Positions 24,246 to 32,000 of a stretch of 32,000 bases of DNA are shown here, piece by piece. Each line of letters opens with the position of its first letter. Position 1 is the first letter of the stretch. The notes beneath the pieces are model-generated. The model searched no databases, was not told where the DNA came from, and saw nothing but the letters and a program-made list of their open reading frames with translations. The DNA comes from an uncultured Chloroflexia bacterium (GTDB taxonomy: Bacteria > Chloroflexota > Ktedonobacteria > Ktedonobacterales > JADMIN01), in NCBI GenBank assembly GCA_963718915.1, contig CAVRAI010000003.1, positions 120,001 to 152,000 of the forward strand, written 5' to 3'. The position numbers were made by a program, and so were the translations under genes.

Positions 24246-25802
24246 TTAGTCCTGCTTGCTCTTGCCGTTCTTGCCGCTCGCTGCCAGCAGCGTCGCCAGC
24301 TCAACGAACGTGCGCACACCGAAGCCGGTCGCGCCCTTATCCCACTCGGCATCCTTGTGGCTGCGCGCGTTGACGCCCGCGATATCGAGATGCGCCCAGG
24401 GCGTCTCGCCGACGAAGTTGCTGATGACCTTCGCCGCCGAAATCGAGCCAGCGGGACGCCCGCCGACCTGCTTCATATCGGCAATCTCACTGCGGATCAG
24501 GTCGCTATACTCGTCGTCCATTGGCATCGGCCAGAGCCGCTCGCCCGCAGTCTCCGACGCCGTCAGAATCGCACGCTCCAGCGGCTCGTCATTGCTGAAG
24601 ATGCCCGCGCGCACATGGCCCAGCGCCACCACCATCGCGCCGGTCAGCGTCGCTGCATCTACCAGCGGCGAGAGCTTCTGCTTCACAGCCCACGAGAGCG
24701 CATCAGCCAGCGCCAGCCGCCCCTCAGCGTCGGTATTAAGAATCTCGATGGTCTTGCCATTGGCCGCGCGCAGGATGTCGCCGGGGCGATACGCCTTGCC
24801 TCCGGGCATGTTCTCCGTCGTCGGAACGATGCCCGTCACGTTGGTGTTCGGCTTGAGACGGGCAATCGCCATCATCGCGCCGACGACCGCCGCGCCGCCG
24901 CACATATCCATCTTCATCGCGTCCATCTCAGCGCCCGGCTTGAGCGAGATGCCGCCGGTATCGAAGGTGATGCCCTTGCCCACCAGCGCCAGCCCCGGCT
25001 CGCCCCGCGCCCGTCCGCGATAGCGCAGCACGATGAAACGCGGCTCCTCGGCGCTGCCCTGCGCCACACCCAGCAGCGCACCCATCCCCTGCTCCCGCAT
25101 CCAGTCTGGTCCGAAGACCTCGCACTCCAGCCCAACCTCTTCGGCCATGCGCCGCGCCCGCTCGCCAAACTCGGTGGGCGTCAGCACGTTTGGCGGCTCG
25201 TTGCCCAGGTCGCGGGCGAAGTTGGTCGCCTCCGCCAGCACTCTGCCGCGCTCGACCGCCGTCCGCAGAGCAGGCTCACGTCCGCGCCCAAGAACGGTGA
25301 TCGTCTGGATGCTCGAATCGCTTCCCACGCCATTCTCATCGCTAGCGGCATCCCCGCCCGATCTGGCGCCTTTATACTGCTGAAACTCATAGAGGCCGAG
25401 CAGCGCGCCCTCGGTCATCGCGCGCGCCGCCTGGGCGAGGTTGATGCTGCGCTCCGCCGAGGCCAGCGCCAGCCCAATGTGCCGCGCCTTGACCTTGCGC
25501 AGCCGCCGACAGGCAATCGCCGAGGCCCGCCGGATACGCTCCAGCGTGCAGCGGTCGCGCGGCCCCAGGCCGATGATGGCCACCCGCGACGGCTCGATCT
25601 TGCCCAGAGTATGGAGCAATGTCACCTCGTCCGCCGCGCCCGTCACCTCGCCGCTGGCGCGCAGTTCCGCGATGACGCCCGCCAGCGCCTCATCCAGCGC
25701 CGCCGCTGGCCCATTGAGCGGCCCTTTATCCGAGAAAATCCCTACTGCCAGGGCATCGCCGTCAAACTGCTGTACATCGCGTGTGCTGACCCGAATATCC
25801 AT
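24246..25802 (-). CDS. pepA: Leucyl aminopeptidase (M17 family)
   Basis: The M17 signature NTDAEGRLALADAL and metal-ligand blocks VGKGITFDTGGISLKP are present. ATG 25802 has SD GAGGTGG. The 43-codon upstream extension of the ORF is rejected. Confidence 0.92.
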   Translation of the reverse strand: MDIRVSTRDVQQFDGDALAVGIFSDKGPLNGPAAALDEALAGVIAELRASGEVTGAADEVTLLHTLGKIEPSRVAIIGLGPRDRCTLERIRRASAIACRRLRKVKARHIGLALASAERSINLAQAARAMTEGALLGLYEFQQYKGARSGGDAASDENGVGSDSSIQTITVLGRGREPALRTAVERGRVLAEATNFARDLGNEPPNVLTPTEFGERARRMAEEVGLECEVFGPDWMREQGMGALLGVAQGSAEEPRFIVLRYRGRARGEPGLALVGKGITFDTGGISLKPGAEMDAMKMDMCGGAAVVGAMMAIARLKPNTNVTGIVPTTENMPGGKAYRPGDILRAANGKTIEILNTDAEGRLALADALSWAVKQKLSPLVDAATLTGAMVVALGHVRAGIFSNDEPLERAILTASETAGERLWPMPMDDEYSDLIRSEIADMKQVGGRPAGSISAAKVISNFVGETPWAHLDIAGVNARSHKDAEWDKGATGFGVRTFVELATLLAASGKNGKSKQD

Positions 25803-25973
25803 TCCGCAACCACCTCTTCTTCCCAACAAGCGAATGACCGCCTGAACACGGTCGGGGGGATCATCAGGTGTCTGGTGGCAAGCGGCGCAATCCACGGCGA
25901 CAGCGCTTCGGAGGATTCGGGCGGGCGCCATGGACGCGGGTGACCATACCCCCAGGAGGAACCGCGGTGAGGG

Positions 25974-26426
25974 CTAGTCGTGCGCGAGCAATCGCTCGAC
26001 CAGACGGAGCAAATCGCGTGGACGGAACGGCTTGGTCAGGTACTCAGTGAACCCGGAGCGCAAGGCGCGCTGGCGATCTTCAAGTGTGGCGTGCGCCGTC
26101 ACAGCGACCACCGGTAATGTGGCATACACTGGTTGCTCCCGGAGCAGGGCCAGCATGTGATAGCCATCAAGCACCGGCATAGAGATATCGACAAGCACGA
26201 GGTCGGCAGGCCTGGTTGCAAGCACCTCCAGCGCCTCGCGTCCGTTCGTGGCGGTCAGGGTATCATATCCAGCAATGCGGAGAATCTGCTCCATCAGGTG
26301 ACGATTGGTTGCCTCATTCTCGGCAACCAGAATCGTGCCAGGGCGTGGAGACCCGCCATACGCGCGCGCCTGATCAGCGCCAGGGCTTTGGGCGAGGTCG
26401 CGCCATCGTTGCACTGGATGATCCAT
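25974..26426 (-). CDS. Stand-alone response-regulator receiver (CheY-like) protein
   Basis: ILVAENEATNRHLM...DLVLVDISMPVLDG...VVAVTAHA...YLTKPF covers the phospho-acceptor Asp, Thr and Lys blocks. ATG 26426 has SD GGAGG. Confidence 0.8.
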   Translation of the reverse strand: MDHPVQRWRDLAQSPGADQARAYGGSPRPGTILVAENEATNRHLMEQILRIAGYDTLTATNGREALEVLATRPADLVLVDISMPVLDGYHMLALLREQPVYATLPVVAVTAHATLEDRQRALRSGFTEYLTKPFRPRDLLRLVERLLAHD

Positions 26427-26474
26427 GCGCGTGCCAACCTCCGCTTCCGAACAGAAGCTGTGGAGACCGCGCCT

Positions 26475-26516
26475 CATGCGTCATCGCATCGATGATATCA
26501 TGCGAGATCACGCATG
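26475..26516. promoter_or_regulatory. Imperfect 42-bp nested palindrome upstream of the response-regulator gene (candidate operator)
   Basis: The outer arms are CATGCGT (26475-26481) and ACGCATG (26510-26516). The inner arms are TCGCAT (26484-26489) and ATGCGA (26500-26505), around a central GATATC. Confidence 0.35.
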
Positions 26517-26685
26517 GGACACAGCCAAAATCCAGCGTGCGCGCCAAATTCCCCTCAGCGCCACCACCTCGCCACATGTGTTGCGCACTCCATCTACTCC
26601 GCATTGTACCAGACTTTCGTCACTGGTCAAGCAGGAATAGACCAATTACCGGCAGATTGTACCACTCAGGGAGAGCCATCTCGAT

Positions 26686-27267
26686 TTAAAGAGAAGGCCG
26701 ACGCGCGAGAATATGGAAGGCGTGCCAGTGTTTCGACGAGCCATCGGCGAGATGGCCATCGGCATCTTCCTCGGTCAGTTCGATGATTTCAAGGTCGCTC
26801 AGGAGATCCTCGGCCTCGGAGCGCGTGAGGAAGGTCATCACCCGGTCAGGGGTATTCCACTGATCGTGGACGCCGAAGAATTGTCCCGCGAAGACACCGC
26901 CAGGAACCAGGGCAGCTTTGAGTCGCGCGAACACAGTAATGAAACGATCTTTGGGCATGAATGGGAGTGTAAACTGCGCATTGATGAGGTCATAGGTCGC
27001 GAAGGCGAAGTCCTCGAACGAGGACTGCACGACACGCAGATGATCCTGGGGAAGCGCTGCGAGCAGCGCCACCGAGCCTGGCTCGGCATCCACCGCCGTC
27101 ACCTGGAAGCCCTGCTCCAGCAGGTAGCGTGTATCGCGGCCCGCGCCAGCGCCAAGGTCGAGCGCACGGCCACCCTTCGGCGCGAGTGCGGCGGCCCGCA
27201 TCAGCAGCGGCCAGGGCGGGCTGTCTTTGGTGAAGCCGTAGAAGTAGCCCCAATCAGTGGTCATCAT
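26686..27267 (-). CDS. Class I SAM-dependent methyltransferase (TehB-like)
   Basis: The probable start is ATGATG at 27262-27267 (MMTTDWGYFYG...). Motif I is ALDLGAGAGRDTRYLLEQGFQVTAVD. The upstream ORF extension is rejected. Confidence 0.8.
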   Translation of the reverse strand: MMTTDWGYFYGFTKDSPPWPLLMRAAALAPKGGRALDLGAGAGRDTRYLLEQGFQVTAVDAEPGSVALLAALPQDHLRVVQSSFEDFAFATYDLINAQFTLPFMPKDRFITVFARLKAALVPGGVFAGQFFGVHDQWNTPDRVMTFLTRSEAEDLLSDLEIIELTEEDADGHLADGSSKHWHAFHILARRPSL

Positions 27268-27501
27268 ACCTGACTTTCTTCTTCGGTCGAACAGCAAAAC
27301 ACTCAGGGCAGATACCACTGTGGCAATCTGCCCTCTCCACTCGCACCCTCTCTCATGAGAAAGGGGTACCAGAATTCTACAACCTCGAACGCACACATGA
27401 TGCCAGACGGATCCGAGGCATGGGCTATTCAAAGCTTCCACCTGGCCAGCATCTCCGGAGAGCGGTTGAACCAGGTGGAGGCGAGGCAGCGGCCCCTGCC
27501 A

Positions 27502-27681
27502 TCACAGCAGGTGGCAGTAGTTATAGTTCCAGTAGACGGTATTGGCGACGGCGGTTGTAGTGCCAACGGCATCAGCGGACCACTCGCAGCATCTAGCGTC
27601 AACGAAAAGAGCCTTATGAGGAATATTCCCCACAAGGCTCCGAGAGAGTAACACTCGGGTTGTGCGATCGGATGCTGATTG
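27502..27681 (-). other. In-frame post-stop duplicate of the C-terminal Cys/Trp module of the upstream lipoprotein gene (relic or small independent ORF)
   Basis: Directly after the TAG at 27682 the same frame stays open for 59 codons, ending ..ARCCEWSADAVGTTTAVANTVYWNYNYCHLL*. This parallels the gene's own end, ..WFNDTGDNATAAANTAYWGFNWCHAQ*. Confidence 0.5.
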
Positions 27682-28647
27682 CTACTGCGCGTGGCACCAG
27701 TTGAAGCCCCAGTAGGCGGTATTAGCGGCGGCGGTAGCGTTATCGCCGGTATCATTGAACCAAGAGAAGATCTCGCTGCCCTTCCACCATTGCGTGCCAG
27801 TCGTATGACACGAACTAGCTAACGTCGAAGGCGGCGTGCTGTGATTCCAGCCGTGGGCAGCCAACCCTGTTGAGAAGAACGAACTAACCGAGCTATACGA
27901 ACCCGAACTACACTCCCCGTTCATGTACTGAGTTGCGCTATGGGCATCGCCGCCACCCTCGCCCAGACCGTCCAGCGTGAACGGCGGCGCATAGATGTCC
28001 GGTACGCTGTTCGGATACGTCGCCCAGGTCTTGCCGTCGTAGATACCCAGGCTCGAGACGCAGGTTGGCCCCGCCGGAGGAATCGCCAGCCGCATATGGT
28101 ATGAGACTAACCCATTGCCGCGCGCTGTCACCTTCTCCAGCGAGACATAGCGCGACTTGTTGTCTTTCTTCCAGCAGTAGGGGTCGCCGCACGACGCTGG
28201 CCACGCGCCATTGTAGGGATATGTCGTCGCCTGCGCCCAACCCGCTCCGACCATCCCGCCAGAAGTTGGCGAACCCGAAAAGAACGAATAAACGCCATTG
28301 GTCGTGGTGGCGGGCGTGCAGACGTCGAACTGCTTGATCGTGAAGCGGCCCGCGCCACCGCCAGATGTGGCAATCGAGGTGCTAATCGAATTCGATGGGA
28401 ACGAGACATCGCCGAAGCCACCGCCAGCAGTGGCCGCCTGCGCCCCGCCAAAGCCCGACAGGTTCGGACAGGTCGTTACTTGCGCCGCCGGTTGAGGTGT
28501 CGGGGTGCTGCTGCTCGCCGTCGGGGTGGAGCTTCCACCTTGCTCCGACGGCGTGGATGTACCGAACGCACAGGCTCCGAGCGCAAGCGCCAGAGCTATG
28601 AGGCCAACCAGAGAACGCGACCACCGGGGAAAGGATGGAATATGCAT
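27682..28647 (-). CDS. Hypothetical lipoprotein with a Ser/Thr/Pro linker and Cys/Trp-rich repeated modules
   Basis: Perfect SD AGGAGG lies before ATG 28647. The signal is MHIPSFPRWSRSLVGLIALALALGAC, with lipobox L-G-A-C. The linker is STPTASSSTPTPQP. Confidence 0.75.
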   Translation of the reverse strand: MHIPSFPRWSRSLVGLIALALALGACAFGTSTPSEQGGSSTPTASSSTPTPQPAAQVTTCPNLSGFGGAQAATAGGGFGDVSFPSNSISTSIATSGGGAGRFTIKQFDVCTPATTTNGVYSFFSGSPTSGGMVGAGWAQATTYPYNGAWPASCGDPYCWKKDNKSRYVSLEKVTARGNGLVSYHMRLAIPPAGPTCVSSLGIYDGKTWATYPNSVPDIYAPPFTLDGLGEGGGDAHSATQYMNGECSSGSYSSVSSFFSTGLAAHGWNHSTPPSTLASSCHTTGTQWWKGSEIFSWFNDTGDNATAAANTAYWGFNWCHAQ

Positions 28648-28946
28648 GGAACGCCTCCTGACTGCGCTCCCCAGCCGCCCAGAGACCAGAGAGCGATTCC
28701 CTTCCAGCCGGTGTGCGCCACGCGAACGAGACAGGGGTGCGGCGCGATAGGGGTAGGAAAAAGCACCGGCAATGCATAGGCATAATTGCTGCATCACCGC
28801 GAGTGTACCCGGCGACCCGCGCTGAGACAAGTGAGCTACATTACACTGCGAGGTAGTTCACATTTGGCGCGGGCTACAACATCTCCGCAGGGATTGTTGT
28901 CAATTGGGGCATCGTGCCGGAGCGTTATGTGGTTTTACTATGTACG

Positions 28947-29039
28947 CCGAACACCGCACATCCTGGTGGGCGAGGCAGGCCGTAGCATGAATGCTACGGC
29001 GAATTTCCACCCATTCGCCGGGGCCTTTGGGCTTCCGGC
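28947..29039 (+). repeat. Hairpin-rich intergenic repeat, family 2, copy B
   Basis: CCGAACACCGCACATCCTGGTGGGCGAGGCAGGCCGTAGCATGAATGCTACGGCGAATTTCCACCCATTCGCCGGGGCCTTTGGGCTTCCGGC aligns with copy A. Confidence 0.8.
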
Positions 29040-29098
29040 TGGACCACCCCAGCACGCTGTCCCTCCTATTTTCTAAAACTACATAATGCCTCGGCGAA

Positions 29099-29794
29099 TT
29101 AGGCAATTGTGGCGACACTGTAGTAGAAGTAGGTGGGGGTCTGCTCGATCCGCGCCCGCCAACCCCAGGTTGTGAGCTGCTCGGTGAGGATCTCAGGGCG
29201 ATAGAAGACTTTGACGATGCGATACTCTTGCCCATCATTCAGGCGACGTGTGACCGCATGCGCATCTGGCCCTTCGAGCTGGTGATTCTTCGCCGTCGAG
29301 GTCTCCTCGTAGAGCGCATCCACACAGAAGACACGCCCACCGGGAGCCAGGGCCGTGCGCACCAGGCTCCAGAACGCTTCCAGGCGCTCCGGCGGCACAT
29401 GCGAGAGCCAGAAGCTAAAGAAGATCGTGTCATACTGGCGGTCGGGCTGCCAGCGAAAAAGGTCGGCCACCTCATAGCGCACCGGCGCGTTTCCGAGGCG
29501 TTCCCGACTGACGGCATGCACCTCAGGCGAGCTATCCACCGCCGTCAGTGTTCGCGCTGTCGGCACAAGCCGCTGCGTCCACAGCCCCGTCCCGCTCGCC
29601 AGCTCCAGCACGTCGCCCGCGGGTGCAAACGCCTCCAGCGCCCGCGCCACCTGCTCCACCTCCGCGAACCAGCGCGCATTCATCTCTGGCCCATGGTCAT
29701 ACCGTCCCTGGCGCAGAAACCACTCATCATACTCGCCCGCGCGCGCCTGATAATAGGCGATCTGCTCTTCGATCAGCCGATCACTCGATGCCAT
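29099..29794 (-). CDS. Class I SAM-dependent methyltransferase
   Basis: ATG 29794 has SD GGAGGG at 6 nt. Motif I is VLELASGTGLWTQRL, followed by post-I and motif II-like blocks. Confidence 0.85.
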   Translation of the reverse strand: MASSDRLIEEQIAYYQARAGEYDEWFLRQGRYDHGPEMNARWFAEVEQVARALEAFAPAGDVLELASGTGLWTQRLVPTARTLTAVDSSPEVHAVSRERLGNAPVRYEVADLFRWQPDRQYDTIFFSFWLSHVPPERLEAFWSLVRTALAPGGRVFCVDALYEETSTAKNHQLEGPDAHAVTRRLNDGQEYRIVKVFYRPEILTEQLTTWGWRARIEQTPTYFYYSVATIA

Positions 29795-29891
29795 CTCTTG
29801 CCCTCCGAAGCGTGAAGAAAGGCTGGGACTCATGTATGAAATCCCAGCCCCTGCCTATATTTTGAACGTTACTTTTGTGCGGCTGTATCGG

Positions 29892-31625
29892 TCAATCGCC
29901 GACCGCCGCCACCTGGAATACACGTGTACCCCAGTTGCGCTCTCTGGTAGTTGTCTGGCTGGCTTTGGGTGGGATATATTCGGTTGCCAGCCAGAAACTG
30001 TTGTGATCTGGGTCGAGTGTCGCCCAGGAATAGTCGCCCCAGCGGGTCGCATTTGGATCATACGGCCCTGTGCCTCGCGCTGCCACATGCACGGCGCCGA
30101 ACCACTGCTGATCGGCTTTCATCACCGTGTAGGCGGCGCTGGGGAACGTGCCCGCACCCGAAAGCGTGACGACCATCGCCGCGACGCCATTGCCGCTGGC
30201 CTGAATCGCCGGATAGAGCAGATAGTTCCCGCGCGACGCGACATAGCCCTGGCTACGCACGGAGGCGCCGCCAATCACTTTGCCGCTGAGATGCGGCTTG
30301 ACGGTGAACCAGGCGACGCCAGCCCGCGAAGTCGTATCACCTTTCGGCGTGAGAATCGTTCCGAGCGCGCCCCACAGATTGCCGTTGATGAACTGCGCCT
30401 GCTGCATGCGATCATCGCCGGAGTCGAGGGTGCTGTCCGATCCTTTCTGAATCGCCGCTGGTGGTATCCCATACGCCTCGCTCTGAATCACAACACTGGA
30501 AAGCGTCGGCATGCCGCCCTGGCTCACCTTCTGCCCGTTGGTGAGCGCCCAGACGCCGAGCCGATTGTCGCCAGTGCCGTTGGGATCGAGCGAATTGAGG
30601 AAATATTCAGCGTCGGCAGGCCCGCTGGTGAGGGCAGGCTGCACCCCAAACGCGATATCACCACCAATGCTCAGATTGTCGAACTGAACGAAATGCACCG
30701 TCTTCGCGTGATGGATGAGATTCGCCTTCGAGACGGCATAAATTTGCGTCCCGTTGAACTCAGGGCCATTGATCGAAAACTCGTCGGTGCTGATATAGAT
30801 ATTCTGGCTATCAATACCCAGCCGTGGCTGATCGCCGAAGCACGGGCAGCCAGGATGACTGGGAGTGCCGTTTGTCCCGTCATCGGTGGCGTCAAGCTGG
30901 TAGACAGTCCACGGCGTCGCCGGATTGCTGTTGGTGTTCACGGCGATGTCGGTATGCGCGGAGTTGCCGAAGTTGCCATCGGGCGTGGTGGCAATAAAGA
31001 GAATAGTAGCGAACCAGGTGTGCGTGGCTTTGTCGAAGGTGCATCGTGGGTCGCTGGTAAACTCCGTCAATCCCTCATTGAAGAGGACATTGACATTGAA
31101 CGGGCCAGCGACAAGCTTTCCGCTCGTGCGATAGACAGAGAACGCGGAGTTGACCGGCTCGACGACATAGCCATTACCGACGCATAGCCCCTGATCTGGC
31201 GGCTCGAATTTGGCCCCGAAGTTGGTGACCTCACTATCGAGGCTGCTGACCCCATTGAAATTCGTCAGCAATGCGCCGGGTTGTTGATCGTCCAGTGGCG
31301 AATCTGTGGCGGCGGGTCCGCGCGCGGCCTGCGCGGTCCGAAGCGCCTGGCCACCTTGCGCGTGTCGCACGCCTTTCGCCACAAATGGCGCGGTAGCATG
31401 CGCCACCGAAGCGGACGCGGACTGCGAGAAACTGCCGGAGACTCCTGCTGGAGTGAGCACTCCCGCTCTGGCATGACTCTGCGTCGGGGCGGATGCATGG
31501 GCGCTCCCAACAACCGCAAAGAAGCTACCCGCGAGAACGGCGCTCACGCCCGCGATGACGGCGATACAAGTAACGACGTGTCGTAGAGTGACTGTGCCAG
31601 GATTGCGTCTCGATGCGAAGAGCAT
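29892..31625 (-). CDS. Hypothetical secreted protein (577 aa)
   Basis: SD AGGAGG lies before ATG 31625. The signal peptide is MLFASRRNPGTVTLRHVVTCIAVIAGVSAVLAGSFFAVVGSAHA. No family is recognised. The 78-codon upstream ORF extension is rejected. Confidence 0.75.
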   Translation of the reverse strand: MLFASRRNPGTVTLRHVVTCIAVIAGVSAVLAGSFFAVVGSAHASAPTQSHARAGVLTPAGVSGSFSQSASASVAHATAPFVAKGVRHAQGGQALRTAQAARGPAATDSPLDDQQPGALLTNFNGVSSLDSEVTNFGAKFEPPDQGLCVGNGYVVEPVNSAFSVYRTSGKLVAGPFNVNVLFNEGLTEFTSDPRCTFDKATHTWFATILFIATTPDGNFGNSAHTDIAVNTNSNPATPWTVYQLDATDDGTNGTPSHPGCPCFGDQPRLGIDSQNIYISTDEFSINGPEFNGTQIYAVSKANLIHHAKTVHFVQFDNLSIGGDIAFGVQPALTSGPADAEYFLNSLDPNGTGDNRLGVWALTNGQKVSQGGMPTLSSVVIQSEAYGIPPAAIQKGSDSTLDSGDDRMQQAQFINGNLWGALGTILTPKGDTTSRAGVAWFTVKPHLSGKVIGGASVRSQGYVASRGNYLLYPAIQASGNGVAAMVVTLSGAGTFPSAAYTVMKADQQWFGAVHVAARGTGPYDPNATRWGDYSWATLDPDHNSFWLATEYIPPKASQTTTRERNWGTRVFQVAAVGD

Positions 31626-31940
31626 GCTAACAACCTCCTGCCGACTCCTTGCCTTCTTGCCGCATTGTACCCCTGTTTTATCTGTTGATAAAGGGTATAC
31701 GCCGCGGCGATTCCACCTCACCACTGCCTTGCTGGTTGCAAGGCTCATCCTACATCCCCGCAAGAGCCACTGGTTGCTCCTCTGAACACTACGCACAGAT
31801 AGTACACTATTTACATGGTTCGCCCGCTGGAATGCGTCGCGTACCACTGCAATACGCACGGGCAGATGTTACACTAGGGAGCGCGGCAGGAGTATGGTTA
31901 ACAGGACAGCAGCCCAACAGCCCAGCACCAGGAGCATCCT

Positions 31941-32000
31941 ATGGCACTCGAACTCATCCCCCTTTGCAAGGTAACTGTCACTCCAGTATTAGCGGCCGAC
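31941..32000 (+). CDS. Start of an unidentified gene, truncated by the window end
   Basis: ATG 31941 is preceded by AGGAG (31930-31934) at 6-nt spacing. The frame is open to the window end (MALELIPLCKVTVTPVLAAD). Confidence 0.35.
   Translation, partial: MALELIPLCKVTVTPVLAAD

Noticed and set aside
24357-25943. 528-aa plus-strand ORF antisense to pepA. Similar long antisense ORFs are 9839..10774, 8837..9625, 14043..15062, 17780..18844, 22185..23489, 26713..27273 and 29832..31187.
   Set aside because: These are shadow ORFs typical of high-GC DNA. Their composition is Arg/Ala/Gly/Pro/His-rich and low in complexity, and none has an SD. Each lies opposite a gene with clear family motifs, such as pepA, the capsid gene, the transposase, deaD, the methyltransferases, purQ with the aminotransferase, and the secreted protein.
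1-32000. Scan for tRNA, rRNA, tmRNA genes and for integrase or att-tRNA junctions.
   Set aside because: No T-arm-like GGTTCGAATCC-type motif or cloverleaf-sized conserved segment was seen in any intergenic region, and no rRNA-like sequence. The only GGTTCGATC (1741-1749) overlaps the SD of the Tat-motif gene and abuts its ATG at 1750.

Overview
This is a high-GC bacterial chromosomal window; sampled 60-nt lines in most genes run about 60-77% G+C. Gene content and regulator architecture (XRE-HTH/AAA/TPR regulators, Tat-exported and BNR-repeat proteins, hairpin-rich intergenic repeats) suggest a Chloroflexota (Ktedonobacteria-like) or actinobacterial host. That is only a guess, because no database search was possible.

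I support about 24 protein-coding genes.
- Housekeeping genes, mainly 13.4-26.5 kb: a DeaD-type helicase, purQ, moaD-moaE, pepA, a class-V aminotransferase, an alpha/beta hydrolase and a response regulator.
- Three SAM methyltransferases, at 17.8, 26.7 and 29.1 kb.
- Several secreted, lipoprotein or membrane proteins of unknown function.

The accessory region is 6.3-13.4 kb. It holds a self-contained HK97-type capsid module on the minus strand (prohead protease, small helical protein, 506-aa major capsid protein). No terminase, portal, tail, lysis or integrase gene occurs anywhere in the window. The module has its own sigma70-like promoter, and a perfect Cheo-type LexA box (AGAACATATGTTCT) sits between the -35 and -10 elements. 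A terminator-like hairpin lies in its leader, a second hairpin covers the protease start, and a terminator follows the capsid gene. I consider this SOS-wired orphan capsid operon the best candidate for an undescribed system.

Immediately downstream lie an 860-bp IS5-family element inserted in a 16-bp tandem repeat and a gene of about 40% G+C encoding a putative lipoprotein. Beyond them is a 60-bp relic copy of the capsid gene 3' end that differs from the live copy only at synonymous positions.

Two host genes carry apparent frameshifts, which could be real pseudogenisation or indel sequencing errors: the XRE/AAA/TPR regulator (two shifts) and deaD (one). Two families of hairpin-rich intergenic repeats are present. 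No tRNA, rRNA or CRISPR array was seen.
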